Assembly: GCA_016868755.1 (NCBI GenBank)
Contig: VGFU01000004.1
Location: 21,110-85,109 of the forward strand
Origin: Bacteroidota bacterium
GTDB taxonomy: Bacteria; Bacteroidota; Bacteroidia; Flavobacteriales; Schleiferiaceae
Length of the DNA stretch: 64,000 bases
Direction of reading: 5' to 3'
The translations under genes were made by a program, and so were the position numbers. A model generated the notes under the pieces. The model was not told the DNA's origin and ran no database searches. It worked only from the letters and a program-made list of their open reading frames with translations. This document shows, piece by piece, positions 1 through 9,235 of this stretch (positions within the stretch are counted from its first letter, which is position 1; each line of letters begins with the position of its first letter).

Positions 1-499
1 GGTGGGCGTAGGCCAGGCGGTCGGTAAAAAAATGATCAAAACCGTCAGTGAACGGTACCGTCGTCAGCGTCATGGACGAATACCACACTACGCTTACTGG
101 GCTGTTTAAGCCTTTACCTCCTTTAGACTGGTGCAGCAAGCGCACTTTGGTGAACCCGTCGTAGGTCTTGCTTCCGGACGATCGACCGAGACCGACGTTC
201 AACCAAGCTACCGGGTTGTAGGAATACTCGAAGCGGATCTGGGCCACATCCATTCCGAAGAGGTTGTATAGTGGCTTGTCGTTGAGCGCGCCAAAGCGGT
301 GCCCGACAATGAACTGTCCGACCCCCGCGCCTGGCATTTCAACGGTCGATCCGTTGACCAATTTGGTTCCCTTAAACGTGGCAAACGCAAACTGCTTGGG
401 TGCCTCAGGGGCCATGGCGTTCAGCTCCGCCAGCAAATCATCCTGAGCCCAAAGACCCAACGAACTAAGGGCCAAGAAGGCCAAAACCTGCTTACGCAC
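1..499 (-). CDS. DUF5777-like outer-membrane beta-barrel protein (N-terminal part, continues past window edge)
   Basis: Hand translation of the minus strand from GTG 499-497 gives MRKQVLAFLALSSLGLWAQDDLLAELN...FKGTKLVNGSTVEMPGAGVGQFIVGHRFG. It has a signal peptide and a motif pattern I recall for the Bacteroidota DUF5777 family. It is open at the window edge, so it is absent from the ORF track. An in-frame TGA lies 2 codons upstream of the GTG. Confidence 0.55.
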   Translation of the reverse strand, partial: MRKQVLAFLALSSLGLWAQDDLLAELNAMAPEAPKQFAFATFKGTKLVNGSTVEMPGAGVGQFIVGHRFGALNDKPLYNLFGMDVAQIRFEYSYNPVAWLNVGLGRSSGSKTYDGFTKVRLLHQSKGGKGLNSPVSVVWYSSMTLTTVPFTDGFDHFFTDRLAYAH

Positions 500-1031
500 C
501 CTTCAACGTCGATTTAACGGTGACCTTAACGACCTCAGCGACCTTTGACACCACGAGCCTCGGAATCTCAATTCCGTAGTCTGCGGTGCGCACGCTGAAT
601 TCGCTTTCGATGCTCACCGAACCGTCCTTGTTCACCGTGATCGTAACCGGTATCGACACGTCTTTATTCACTCCGTGAATTTCCATTTGGCCTTTAATAC
701 CGCCCTTGTAGGTGGCCGGCTTATTCCAATCGGTTACTCCGCCAATCTTGGCTCGCAGCGTTGCCTTGGGGAACTTCGTCGATTCCATGTAGTTCTCGTT
801 GAAGTGCTCCTGCATCAGGGCGCGCTTAAACGTAAACGACTGAATTTGAAGCTGCCAAACGGCTTCGTTGGTTTCGGTATTGAGAATTCCGACCGCGTTA
901 TTCAGCACCGCATCGATGTCTTCAACCGGCGTGGACGCGTTGATGTGCACTTGCGTGTCTTTGCTCGTCAGCTTTTGGGCGGACGCCATTAGCGATAGTC
1001 CCAGGGCCGCCAGGGCAAAAATCTTCTTCAT
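492..1031 (-). CDS. YceI-like periplasmic lipid/polyisoprenoid-binding protein
   Basis: 179 aa with signal peptide MKKIFALAALGLSLMASAQ. Contains a YceI-type motif (EHFNENYMESTKFPKATL) and has the typical length. Confidence 0.8.
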   Translation of the reverse strand: MKKIFALAALGLSLMASAQKLTSKDTQVHINASTPVEDIDAVLNNAVGILNTETNEAVWQLQIQSFTFKRALMQEHFNENYMESTKFPKATLRAKIGGVTDWNKPATYKGGIKGQMEIHGVNKDVSIPVTITVNKDGSVSIESEFSVRTADYGIEIPRLVVSKVAEVVKVTVKSTLKGA

Positions 1032-1033
1032 AA

Positions 1034-1405
1034 TCAGTTAGGTAGCGCGCCGCCCCGCTCCCAGACGCGGACTTTGGCTTGGTTGCAGTTAGACAATGGC
1101 CCGCTGGGGGGCATCGCAAGCGGATCACCCGCTCCGCGCTGAATGCGGTCGATGAGGGAGCCGTTTAGGGTTGAAGCCTGTACCGAAGCATGGCTGCTGA
1201 GATCAAGGTCCCCGCTTGCACTGGCGCCCTGGTGGCAACCCACGCACTGCGTTTGGATCATCGGTTGAATGTCAACCGACCACGTGGCGGTCGAATCGCA
1301 GTTTCCGCCGGTGCCGTACAGCTGCTCGGCATTGTCGTAGTAGCAGCTCGAAGAAATGGCCGCCACGCCAGTAAGGAGAAAAATTACCGAAAACGTTCTG
1401 AGCAT
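1034..1405 (-). CDS. small lipoprotein with a single CxxCH haem c-binding motif
   Basis: Start moved to the internal ATG (MLRTFSVIFLLTGVAAISSSC, lipobox). CVGCH motif present. A TACCTTTG box at 1410-1417 lies 4 nt upstream of this ATG. Confidence 0.6.
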   Translation of the reverse strand: MLRTFSVIFLLTGVAAISSSCYYDNAEQLYGTGGNCDSTATWSVDIQPMIQTQCVGCHQGASASGDLDLSSHASVQASTLNGSLIDRIQRGAGDPLAMPPSGPLSNCNQAKVRVWERGGALPN

Positions 1406-1409
1406 ACCC

Positions 1410-1417
1410 CAAAGGTA
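1410..1417 (-). promoter_or_regulatory. consensus Bacteroidota -7 box TACCTTTG, 4 nt before ATG 1405
   Basis: Exact TAnnTTTG match on the minus strand immediately upstream of the start codon. Confidence 0.45.
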
Positions 1418-1431
1418 TATTATACATGCCA

Positions 1432-2712
1432 CTAGCGCTTCCACGGAACCCGCGCCCAAAGCACAACCGCAACCGCAAAAAAGCCAGATAGCATAACCGC
1501 GGCAAGGCGCAAGTCGCCCGTCAGGGTTTCGAGCCAGCCCACGGCGACCATACCGAGTACCGTAGCCAGTTTCTCGGCGACGTCAAAAAAGCTGAAGTAC
1601 ACGACGTGCTCCTCGGCCGGCGGCAGCAGTTGGCTGAAGGTAGAGCGGGCGAGCGATTGAATTCCGCCCAAGACCAACCCCACTCCGGCGCCCAATAGGT
1701 AGAACTGGAGTTCGTTTTGAATGAAGTAGGCCAAAAAGCTGATGAGCATCCAAAGCGCCCCAGTAACGAGGAGGGCCCGAATGTTTCCTACGACCCGACT
1801 CAAGCGGGCGAACAGCCACGACCCAAGCATACCCACAAACTGAATGAGCAAAATGGTAGTGATCAGTGCGGACGTTTCTAGATGCAGCGCCTCCTTGCCA
1901 AACAGCGTCGCGATGAGGATGACGGTTTGTACGCCGGCTGACGCAAAGAAGAATCCGAGGACGAAGCGCTCGAGGCCCTTTGTGGCCCGAAACGACTTGG
2001 CTACATCAAAAAGCTGTTGGTAGGCCGCGCGAATCCAACCCTTTTGGCGATCACCCACGGGGTGGCCATCTGGAAGCCGGCGTAAGCTGTATTCACCCCA
2101 ACCGAGCCACCAAATTCCGACGGCAACAAACGTGAAGCGCGTAATTAGGCCGGGGCCATCCAAACCAAACCACGCGGGGTTTTGAATGAAGGCCAAAGCC
2201 ACAATGAGCATCAAGGCAGAACCGAAGTAGCCTAGGGCAAATCCGCGGGCGCTCAGGGCATCCTGATCGTCTGGGGCCGCAATTTCAGGCAGGTAGCTGT
2301 TGTAAAAAACCAGGCTTCCTGCAAAGGCGATTGATGCAACAAAGGGGGTTAGGAGTCCGAGAATCAGCGCATCAGCCGTGAAAAAATACATGGCAAAGCA
2401 GGCCAAGGTTCCGCTGTAAATGAAGCGGCGCATAAACATTTTCTTGCTGCCCGAAACCTCGGCGAGCGCGCTGAGGTACGGCGTGCCCAGGCTGACGACC
2501 AGGTAGGCGGCGGCCATGACAAACGTGTAGGCGGCGGTGGTGCTGAACGAGATTCCGAGCAGGCTAACCTCAGACCGCCCCGCGGCCTCCATTACCGCGG
2601 AGTAGTAAATCGGAAAAATGGCCGTGCCAATCACCAGGGAGTAGCTCGAATTGGCCCAATCGTACATGGCCCAACCGTGGTGGACTCTTCGTGTGGCGGC
2701 GTCGTGGTGCAT
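1432..2712 (-). CDS. MFS transporter, UMF1/Atg22-like family
   Basis: N-terminal HHGWAMYDWANSSYSLVIGTAIFPIYY is typical of UMF1 MFS proteins, with about 12 hydrophobic segments. The ORF track starts at TTG 2733; ATG 2712 is preferred, but the start is uncertain. Confidence 0.75.
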   Translation of the reverse strand: MHHDAATRRVHHGWAMYDWANSSYSLVIGTAIFPIYYSAVMEAAGRSEVSLLGISFSTTAAYTFVMAAAYLVVSLGTPYLSALAEVSGSKKMFMRRFIYSGTLACFAMYFFTADALILGLLTPFVASIAFAGSLVFYNSYLPEIAAPDDQDALSARGFALGYFGSALMLIVALAFIQNPAWFGLDGPGLITRFTFVAVGIWWLGWGEYSLRRLPDGHPVGDRQKGWIRAAYQQLFDVAKSFRATKGLERFVLGFFFASAGVQTVILIATLFGKEALHLETSALITTILLIQFVGMLGSWLFARLSRVVGNIRALLVTGALWMLISFLAYFIQNELQFYLLGAGVGLVLGGIQSLARSTFSQLLPPAEEHVVYFSFFDVAEKLATVLGMVAVGWLETLTGDLRLAAVMLSGFFAVAVVLWARVPWKR

Positions 2713-2762
2713 CGTTCCTCGAAAGTAGGGCAAATTGCCGGCCTAGCTGTTGAGCAAACGTT

Positions 2763-2795
2763 AAAAAAAACTCCGGTGCCTTGCGAGCACCGGAG
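2763..2795 (-). terminator. rho-independent terminator downstream of aconitase
   Basis: Minus strand reads CTCCGGTGC-TCGCAAG-GCACCGGAG followed by T8. Confidence 0.65.
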
Positions 2796-2818
2796 CCTTC
2801 ATCACGCGGTCAGCGCGC

Positions 2819-5074
2819 TTACTTCTCAATCATGTTCAGCGCCGAACCGGCCTTGAACCACGAAATCTGCTGGGCGTTGTAGCTGTGGTTGGCCGAAATG
2901 CGGTCTTCGCTTCCGTCTTCGTGGCAGAATACCAACGTCAACGGCTTACCCGGTGTAAACGAAGTCAAGTCGATGAATTCCACGACGTCGCGTTCCTGAA
3001 TTTTGTCGTAGTCGGATTCGTTGGCGAAGGTCAGCGCCAGCATACCCTGCTTCTTGAGGTTGGTCTCGTGAATGCGGGCGAAGCTTTTCACCAGCACGGC
3101 GCGCACACCGAGGTGGCGGGGCTGCATGGCGGCGTGTTCGCGCGACGATCCTTCACCGTAGTTCTGGTCGCCGACCACAAGGGTGGGGATGCCCGCGGCC
3201 TTGTAGGCACGCTGCACGGCCGGAACTTCACCGTACTCGCCCGTCAATTGGTTGAGCACCTTATTGGTTTCGCCGTTGAAGGCGTTCACCGCGCCGATCA
3301 GCGTGTTGTTGGCGATGTTGTCGAGGTGTCCGCGGTAGCGCAGCCACGGGCCGGCCATCGAAATGTGGTCGGTGGTGCACTTGCCTTGGGCTTTAATCAA
3401 AACCTTGGCGCCCGTGATGTTGGCACCGTCCCAGGCCGCGAAGGGCTCGAGGAGTTGCAGACGCTGGCTGTCGGCCTTGACGTCGACCACCACCGCGCTG
3501 CCGTCTTCGGCGGGGGCTTGGTAGCCGGCATCTTCTACCGCGTACCCGCGAGCGGGCAATTCGTCGCCACTTGGCGGATCAAGCATAACGCGCTCGCCAT
3601 TTGTATTCACCAAAGTGTCTTTGAGCGGATTAAACCCGAGGTCCCCCGCAATCGCAAGTGCCGTGACGAGTTCCGGTGAACCCACAAAGGCGTGCGTATT
3701 GGGGTTGCCGTCGGCGCGCTTGCTGAAGTTGCGGTTAAACGAGTGAACAATGGTGTTCTTCTCTTGCTTGTCAGCACCTTCCCGGGCCCACTGGCCGATG
3801 CAGGGTCCGCACGCGTTGGCGAACACGTTACCACCGATTTCTTCGAAGTCGCTCAGAAGTCCGTCGCGTTCAGCGGTGTAGCGCACTTGCTCCGAGCCGG
3901 GAGTGATGCTGTATTCCGCCGCGACCTTCAGATTCTTGGCTTTGGCTTGTCGGGCCACCGAGGCGGCGCGCGTCATGTCTTCGTACGACGAGTTGGTGCA
4001 CGATCCGATCAAACCAACCTCAACCTTCATCGGCCAGCCGTTCTTCTCGGCAAGGGCGCGCACTTCAGAAATTGGGGTTGCCAAATCTGGGGTAAACGGT
4101 CCGTTGAGGTGCGGCTCGAGGGTGTCGAGGTTAATTTCAATAACCTGGTCAAAGTACTTCGCGGGGTCGGCATAGACTTCGGCGTCGCCGGTCAGTTCGG
4201 CACGCAGCGCGTTGGCCAAATCGGCCACGGCGGCGCGGCCGGTGGCGCGCAGGTAGCGTTCCATGCTGTCGTCGTAGCCAAACGTCGAGGTCGTAGCACC
4301 CACTTCGGCGCCCATGTTGCAAATGGTTCCTTTGCCCGTGCAGCTTAGGGATTCTGCGCCTTCACCGAAGTACTCGATGATGGCTCCGGTTCCGCCCTTC
4401 ACGGTCAAAATTCCGGCAACCTTAAGGATTACGTCCTTGGCTGAGGTCCAGCCGTTCATGCGGCCGGTCAGCTTCACGCCGATGAGCTTAGGGAACTTGA
4501 GCTCCCAGGGCATACCCGCCATGACGTCTACGGCGTCGGCCCCGCCGACTCCAATGGCCACCATTCCGAGTCCTCCCGCGTTAACGGTGTGCGAATCGGT
4601 TCCGATCATCATGCCGCCGGGGAAGGCGTAGTTTTCAAGAACCACCTGGTGAATGATGCCGGCGCCCGGCTTCCAAAAGCCGATGCCGTACTTGTTTGAA
4701 ACCGAAGCCAAGAAGTTGAATACCTCATTGGATTTGTTGATCGACTCCTGAAGGTCGACGGTGGCACCCACGCGGGCCTGAATCAAGTGGTCGCAGTGGA
4801 CGGTAGCGGGCACCGCTACTTTTTTGCGGCCGGCCGACATGAACTGCAGCAAGGCCATTTGGGCCGTCGCGTCCTGCATCGCCACACGGTCCGGGGCAAA
4901 GTCGACGTAGGAGGCTCCGCGCTGGAAGGCCTCCTTGGCCTCACCCTCCCAAAGGTGGGCGTACAAAATTTTCTCAGAAAGGGTCAGTGGGCGACCCAGC
5001 ACGTTGCGGGCGGCAGATACTTTGGCCTCATACCCAGCGTAAAACGCGTGAATTTTATCAAGATCAAAAACCAT
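2819..5074 (-). CDS. acnA: aconitate hydratase (about 750-aa mitochondrial-type)
   Basis: 751 aa. Aconitase motifs seen: [48 protein letters not shown]. Confidence 0.95.
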   Translation of the reverse strand: MVFDLDKIHAFYAGYEAKVSAARNVLGRPLTLSEKILYAHLWEGEAKEAFQRGASYVDFAPDRVAMQDATAQMALLQFMSAGRKKVAVPATVHCDHLIQARVGATVDLQESINKSNEVFNFLASVSNKYGIGFWKPGAGIIHQVVLENYAFPGGMMIGTDSHTVNAGGLGMVAIGVGGADAVDVMAGMPWELKFPKLIGVKLTGRMNGWTSAKDVILKVAGILTVKGGTGAIIEYFGEGAESLSCTGKGTICNMGAEVGATTSTFGYDDSMERYLRATGRAAVADLANALRAELTGDAEVYADPAKYFDQVIEINLDTLEPHLNGPFTPDLATPISEVRALAEKNGWPMKVEVGLIGSCTNSSYEDMTRAASVARQAKAKNLKVAAEYSITPGSEQVRYTAERDGLLSDFEEIGGNVFANACGPCIGQWAREGADKQEKNTIVHSFNRNFSKRADGNPNTHAFVGSPELVTALAIAGDLGFNPLKDTLVNTNGERVMLDPPSGDELPARGYAVEDAGYQAPAEDGSAVVVDVKADSQRLQLLEPFAAWDGANITGAKVLIKAQGKCTTDHISMAGPWLRYRGHLDNIANNTLIGAVNAFNGETNKVLNQLTGEYGEVPAVQRAYKAAGIPTLVVGDQNYGEGSSREHAAMQPRHLGVRAVLVKSFARIHETNLKKQGMLALTFANESDYDKIQERDVVEFIDLTSFTPGKPLTLVFCHEDGSEDRISANHSYNAQQISWFKAGSALNMIEK

Positions 5075-5090
5075 AATTGCGGAATTTTTA

Positions 5091-5098
5091 CAAAATTA
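5091..5098 (-). promoter_or_regulatory. -7 box TAATTTTG for aconitase (16 nt before ATG)
   Basis: TAnnTTTG match on the minus strand in the AT-rich intergenic region. Confidence 0.4.
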
Positions 5099-5167
5099 CG
5101 CCGCAAATCGCCGTTTTTGTCTGCGATTTTTCAAGAAATCACGCAGAAATTCTAAAATTTTCGCTCG

Positions 5168-5992
5168 TTAGTGCAGGGTGCGGAACGGGAAGCTCCATAC
5201 CCCTTCGACCCCCTCGGTACGCACCCAGTAGGTGCCTGAGGGAAGCAGCGACGTGGGGAGGCTGATCTCAGCGCCTAGCCAGGTTCCGCGCATCAGGATG
5301 CGGCCCGAGGCTTCCACCACCGCAAACGAGCGGGGCCGCGCTTCGTTCGCGCGAATCAACCGAATGCGGTCCGTGGATTGGGCCCAAGTGTAGCCTTCGA
5401 GGTTACGGTCCTCGTCAACCCCAATCCAAATGTGGCCGGCAAACATCAGGCTGTCGTCGGCAGCCTGAAACCCAGCATCTTTGAGGGTAAAAGACGTGCC
5501 GTCGGCGGAGATGGCGAGTCGAACCCAACCGTTGACCACGGTGTCGTTGACGTTTCGGCGAACGGCCAGGAATCCGTCAGTGTAGGGTGACTGCCACTGA
5601 ACGAAGGGGTCGTGCTGGCCGGCGTAGCGGAAGTCGAGGTACCCGAGGTAGCTTGGGGTCGCGAAGCCCTGCCACAGCGAAGACGAACGCGAAATAGAAT
5701 CTCCGACGGCGAGGCGATCGGGGTAGTAGTAGGCGCCACGCTTTTGTCCGGCGACCTGAATGCGCGCGCTATCGAGTGGCGAAACATAAACGACCGACAT
5801 CAATCCCGTGGTTCCTGTGTCGCGGAGCAGGGTGAATCGCAGGTCCGCCACGCTGTCGTTGTTGAAGTCCACGTCGGCAAAACCGAGGTTGGTGGCTACG
5901 GTCGTGTCGGTGAAATCGTGGTAGACGTACTGGGCGCTCGCCAGAGAAATTCCGGCAAACCACAGCATAAACGCGGCATAAATCTTGGTCAT
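5168..5992 (-). CDS. secreted protein with type IX secretion C-terminal sorting domain
   Basis: Signal peptide MTKIYAAFMLWFAGISLASAQ. The C-terminus (ASGRILMRGTWLGAEISLPTSLLPSGTYWVRTEG..) resembles the Por_Secre_tail pattern. The N-terminal domain has unknown function. Confidence 0.6.
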   Translation of the reverse strand: MTKIYAAFMLWFAGISLASAQYVYHDFTDTTVATNLGFADVDFNNDSVADLRFTLLRDTGTTGLMSVVYVSPLDSARIQVAGQKRGAYYYPDRLAVGDSISRSSSLWQGFATPSYLGYLDFRYAGQHDPFVQWQSPYTDGFLAVRRNVNDTVVNGWVRLAISADGTSFTLKDAGFQAADDSLMFAGHIWIGVDEDRNLEGYTWAQSTDRIRLIRANEARPRSFAVVEASGRILMRGTWLGAEISLPTSLLPSGTYWVRTEGVEGVWSFPFRTLH

Positions 5993-6051
5993 TTCGGCTG
6001 CAAAGGTGCAAAATGTAGACCACGCACGCACCATTACCTTTACACAAACCT

Positions 6052-7305
6052 ATGGCACGCATTTCTGCACCCGTCGTACTCGAAGCCTTGCGCATGGCCG
6101 TTCAGGCCCTACAGGCCCAAATGCTGCGGGCCGTGCTAACTGCCTTGATCATCGCGATCGGCATCACCGCGCTGGTCGGCATGCTCACCGCGACGAGCGT
6201 TATGGAGGGCTCGATCACCAAGCAGTTCTCGAGTATGGGCGCAACCACCTTCACGATCCAGCAGGGCGGAATGCAGATCCAAATCGGCCGCCGAGGCATA
6301 AAAGAAAAGCCCCAACCCCCGATTCCGCTGCTCCAGGCCCTCAAGCTTCGGGACCGAATGGCCGCAGAGGGATATGTGGCGAGCGTGGGCGATAACGTGG
6401 CGGGAGCCATGGAAGTCCAGCACGAGGGAACCAAGACCAACCCCAACGTAAATATTCATGCGGCCGACGCCGACTACCCGGCCACACAGGGCCTTGAGGT
6501 GGCCGAGGGGCGTTTTTTTTCGTCGGCCGAGCAAAACGAAGCGCGGGCCGTGGCGGTGCTGGGTTCTGATGTGGCCGGCAAGCTTTTTCCCGAAGGCGGA
6601 GCCCTTGGCAAAGTGATCCGCGTCGGCGCCAAGCCGTATGCGGTAGTTGGCGTGACCGCTCCGAAGGGAAGCAGCTCGTTTATGTCGAGCGACCAAGTTG
6701 TCTACTTGCCGCTGCGCACCGCCCACTTGGCGTTTGCCGACCCTTCGGCGAGCTACGTAATAAGTATCAAAGCGCCCAACGCAGAATCGCTCGATGCGAG
6801 CATCGCGCGCGCAACCACCGTAATGCGCGCTGTGCGCCGACTCAAGCCCGGAGCCGAAGACAACTTTAACCTGCGCCGAAGCGACAGCATTTCCGCCATG
6901 CTCATTGAGTCGCTGAGCTCCGTGAGCACCGGAGCCGCCCTGATTGCGCTCATCACGCTGCTCGGAGCGTCAATTGCGCTAATGAACATCATGCTCGTCA
7001 GCGTCACCGAGCGCACCCGCGAAATCGGCACCCGCAAAGCACTGGGCGCCAGCGCCCAAGTCATCGTCGTGCAGTTTTTGGCTGAAGCCGTACTCGTCAG
7101 CGTTCTCGGCGGCGTCGCCGGAATTATTTTGGGGCTCGCCGTAGGCAACGGCCTGGCCTTCGCCATGGATGCTGACACCGTATTCCCGATTCAGTGGATG
7201 TTGCTGGCCCTGGGCGTTTCGATCGCCGTGGGCATTCTTTCAGGCTGGTACCCCGCCAAAAAAGCGGCCGCCCTCGACCCCATTGAAGCGCTTCGCTATG
7301 AATAA
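6052..7305 (+). CDS. FtsX/MacB-family ABC transporter permease
   Basis: 417 aa. Layout is N-terminal TM, a large periplasmic domain (VAVLGSDVAGKLFPEGGALGKVIRVGAKPYAVVGV), then three C-terminal TM segments with ERTREIGTRKALGA and YPAKKAAALDPIEALRYE. Confidence 0.85.
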   Translation: MARISAPVVLEALRMAVQALQAQMLRAVLTALIIAIGITALVGMLTATSVMEGSITKQFSSMGATTFTIQQGGMQIQIGRRGIKEKPQPPIPLLQALKLRDRMAAEGYVASVGDNVAGAMEVQHEGTKTNPNVNIHAADADYPATQGLEVAEGRFFSSAEQNEARAVAVLGSDVAGKLFPEGGALGKVIRVGAKPYAVVGVTAPKGSSSFMSSDQVVYLPLRTAHLAFADPSASYVISIKAPNAESLDASIARATTVMRAVRRLKPGAEDNFNLRRSDSISAMLIESLSSVSTGAALIALITLLGASIALMNIMLVSVTERTREIGTRKALGASAQVIVVQFLAEAVLVSVLGGVAGIILGLAVGNGLAFAMDADTVFPIQWMLLALGVSIAVGILSGWYPAKKAAALDPIEALRYE

Positions 7306-8125
7306 AGTGCGCGAAGTTGCTGCCCACGACCCCTGGTGGAAAACAAACTCTGCGAGCCTTCGTCAGGGCCGGTCGCTGGCGCTGGCCTTCGCCCGTCGCG
7401 ACCTCAGGCTTCGCTACACCCAAACCCGCCTCGCATGGCTGTGGGCTGTCGTACAGCCCGTCGGCTTAATCGCGGCCCTTACCGTTGTGCTGGGTCGGGT
7501 GTTTGGGCTTCCGCCCGACGGCCTGCGGCAATTTGGGCTGAACCTCGCGGTGGCGCTCCCCGGCTGGATCTGGTTTCAGTTCACCGTGAGCCAAGGCGCC
7601 CAAAGCTTGATTTCGAACCAGTCCCTCGTCAGCAAGGCCGCCTTTTCGCGCACGGCGCTTGCCAACGCTAAAGCGCTCGTTGGCTTGGTCGACTTTGCGG
7701 TGGGGACCGCGGTCGTCCTGCTCGGACTCTTGACGGTCGGCGCGGTTGAAGCCTTCGCCCTGCTGCGCGTGCCCTTGGTTGCGGCCTATACGGCCCTAGC
7801 GGCGCTGGGCTGGGCCTACCTGATTGCCGCAGTTAGCGTGCGCCGGCGCGACGTGCTGGCCGTGCTACCGATGCTCCTGCAAATCCTGTTTTTCATTAGT
7901 CCGGTTGCGCTGCCCTCGGCCAATTTTGAACCTAAAGGTTGGGGCCTGCTGTACTGGCTCAATCCGGCGGTGGCTATGGCCGACGGATTTCGGTGGGCCT
8001 GGCTGGGTTGGAACGTTTGGCAGCCCGCCCACGCCATCTCGTTCGCCTCGGGCGGACTGAGCTTCGCTGCAGGCATCTTGGCCATGCGCTGGCGTTCGCG
8101 TCGATTAAACGAATTTTTGGGATGA
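7298..8125 (+). CDS. wzm: ABC-2 type polysaccharide/O-antigen export permease (Wzm/TagG-like)
   Basis: Internal ATG chosen (MNKVREV...). RRDLRLRYTQTRLAWLWAVVQP is the typical ABC-2 N-terminal motif, and there are 6 hydrophobic segments. Overlaps the upstream permease by 8 nt (ATGAATAA). Confidence 0.8.
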   Translation: MNKVREVAAHDPWWKTNSASLRQGRSLALAFARRDLRLRYTQTRLAWLWAVVQPVGLIAALTVVLGRVFGLPPDGLRQFGLNLAVALPGWIWFQFTVSQGAQSLISNQSLVSKAAFSRTALANAKALVGLVDFAVGTAVVLLGLLTVGAVEAFALLRVPLVAAYTALAALGWAYLIAAVSVRRRDVLAVLPMLLQILFFISPVALPSANFEPKGWGLLYWLNPAVAMADGFRWAWLGWNVWQPAHAISFASGGLSFAAGILAMRWRSRRLNEFLG

Positions 8126-9219
8126 GTCCGCGCATCGAAGCCGTGAACCTCGGCAAGCAATTAGGGGGGCGCTGGGCCCTTCGCCGCCTCGACGTCCACG
8201 TTAACGAGGGCGAAGTACTTGGTATTATCGGAGCCAACGGGGCCGGTAAATCTACCCTGCTGAAGACCTTGAGCGGACTTTTGCACCCCGATGAGGGCAG
8301 CTACCGCGTTCGGGGCAGCCTCGCCAGCCTTCTCGAAGTGGGTACAGGGTTCCACCCCGACTTGAGCGGACGCGAAAACGCCTTTCTGCGTGGCGCCCTG
8401 CTCGGACTGAGCCGCCGCGAGGTCGAAGTCCTTCTTCCGCGCATCGCTGAATTCGCCGGAGTTGCAGATCGGCTGGACGAACCCGTCAAGTACTACTCGA
8501 GCGGAATGCAGCTCCGCCTCGGATTTTCGGTGGCCGCGCACTTGCCCGCCGACACGCTCATCGTGGACGAGGTATTGGCGGTGGGAGACGCGGCGTTTCA
8601 AGCGAAGAGCTTGACCTTTCTAGAAACGTCTTGGCGTGCAGCGGGCCGCAGCGTGGTGTACGTTGCCCACCAACTCAACCAAGTGCGCCGCCTGTGCGAC
8701 CGAGTGCTGTGGTTGGATCACGGAACCTTGCGCCTCGAAGGCCACGCCGACGAGGTGTGCGATGCCTACCTGGCCAGCATGCTCGAAGCACCCGAAGAAT
8801 GGCCGGACGCCGCCGCGCGACCGGGCTTGGGAGGTGTCCGCGCCACCGCCCTTCACGTCGACGGCACCTGGTCAACCGGTAGCCCTGCCCAACTACGCGT
8901 AGAATGGACGGGCGCCGCAGCAGATACGGGACTCGACCTTCGCATCAGCTTGGAACGCCCCGACGCAAGCGCGCTCACGCTGTGGAGCAGCCTGAATTCG
9001 GGATGGATGCCCAACGGGGCGAGCTGCGCCACCCTGACGCTCCCTGAACTGGCCCTAAGCAGCGGAACCTACCTGATGCACCTGCGCGTTTTTGTCGACG
9101 GATTGCTGCACGACGAGGTGCGGAACGCCGCGCGGGTGGTGGTTCAACCGGGGGCGTGGCAGGGTTTCGACTACCCCACTCCCCGGCCAATGGCTCTTCA
9201 GACGCAGCGCTGGTCCTAG
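8122..9219 (+). CDS. wzt: polysaccharide export ABC ATPase with extra C-terminal domain (Wzt/TagH-like)
   Basis: Walker A GANGAGKST, signature YSSGMQLRL, Walker B LIVDE. An additional C-terminal region of about 120 aa follows the NBD. ATGA overlap with wzm. Confidence 0.85.
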   Translation: MSPRIEAVNLGKQLGGRWALRRLDVHVNEGEVLGIIGANGAGKSTLLKTLSGLLHPDEGSYRVRGSLASLLEVGTGFHPDLSGRENAFLRGALLGLSRREVEVLLPRIAEFAGVADRLDEPVKYYSSGMQLRLGFSVAAHLPADTLIVDEVLAVGDAAFQAKSLTFLETSWRAAGRSVVYVAHQLNQVRRLCDRVLWLDHGTLRLEGHADEVCDAYLASMLEAPEEWPDAAARPGLGGVRATALHVDGTWSTGSPAQLRVEWTGAAADTGLDLRISLERPDASALTLWSSLNSGWMPNGASCATLTLPELALSSGTYLMHLRVFVDGLLHDEVRNAARVVVQPGAWQGFDYPTPRPMALQTQRWS

Positions 9220-9235
9220 CGCGCAGAGCCCGCCG

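Noticed and set aside
5100-5135. Inverted repeat AAATCGC-N11-GCGATTT downstream of the T9SS-cargo gene, considered as a terminator or operator.
   Set aside because: The stem is 7 bp, AT-rich, has an 11-nt loop, and has no U-tract on the relevant strand. It could equally be chance in an AT-rich promoter region.
7169-8121. Long N-terminal extensions of the wzm (7169) and wzt (7939) ORFs in the six-frame track. The same applies to folE (41530), cysS (42234), DUF192 (45116) and the lipoprotein (20174).
   Set aside because: The extensions overlap the preceding gene extensively and have Arg/Pro-rich junk composition. Internal ATGs give canonical N-termini and the typical 1-8-nt start/stop overlaps (ATGA and TAATG, plus the 8-nt ATGAATAA at wzm).
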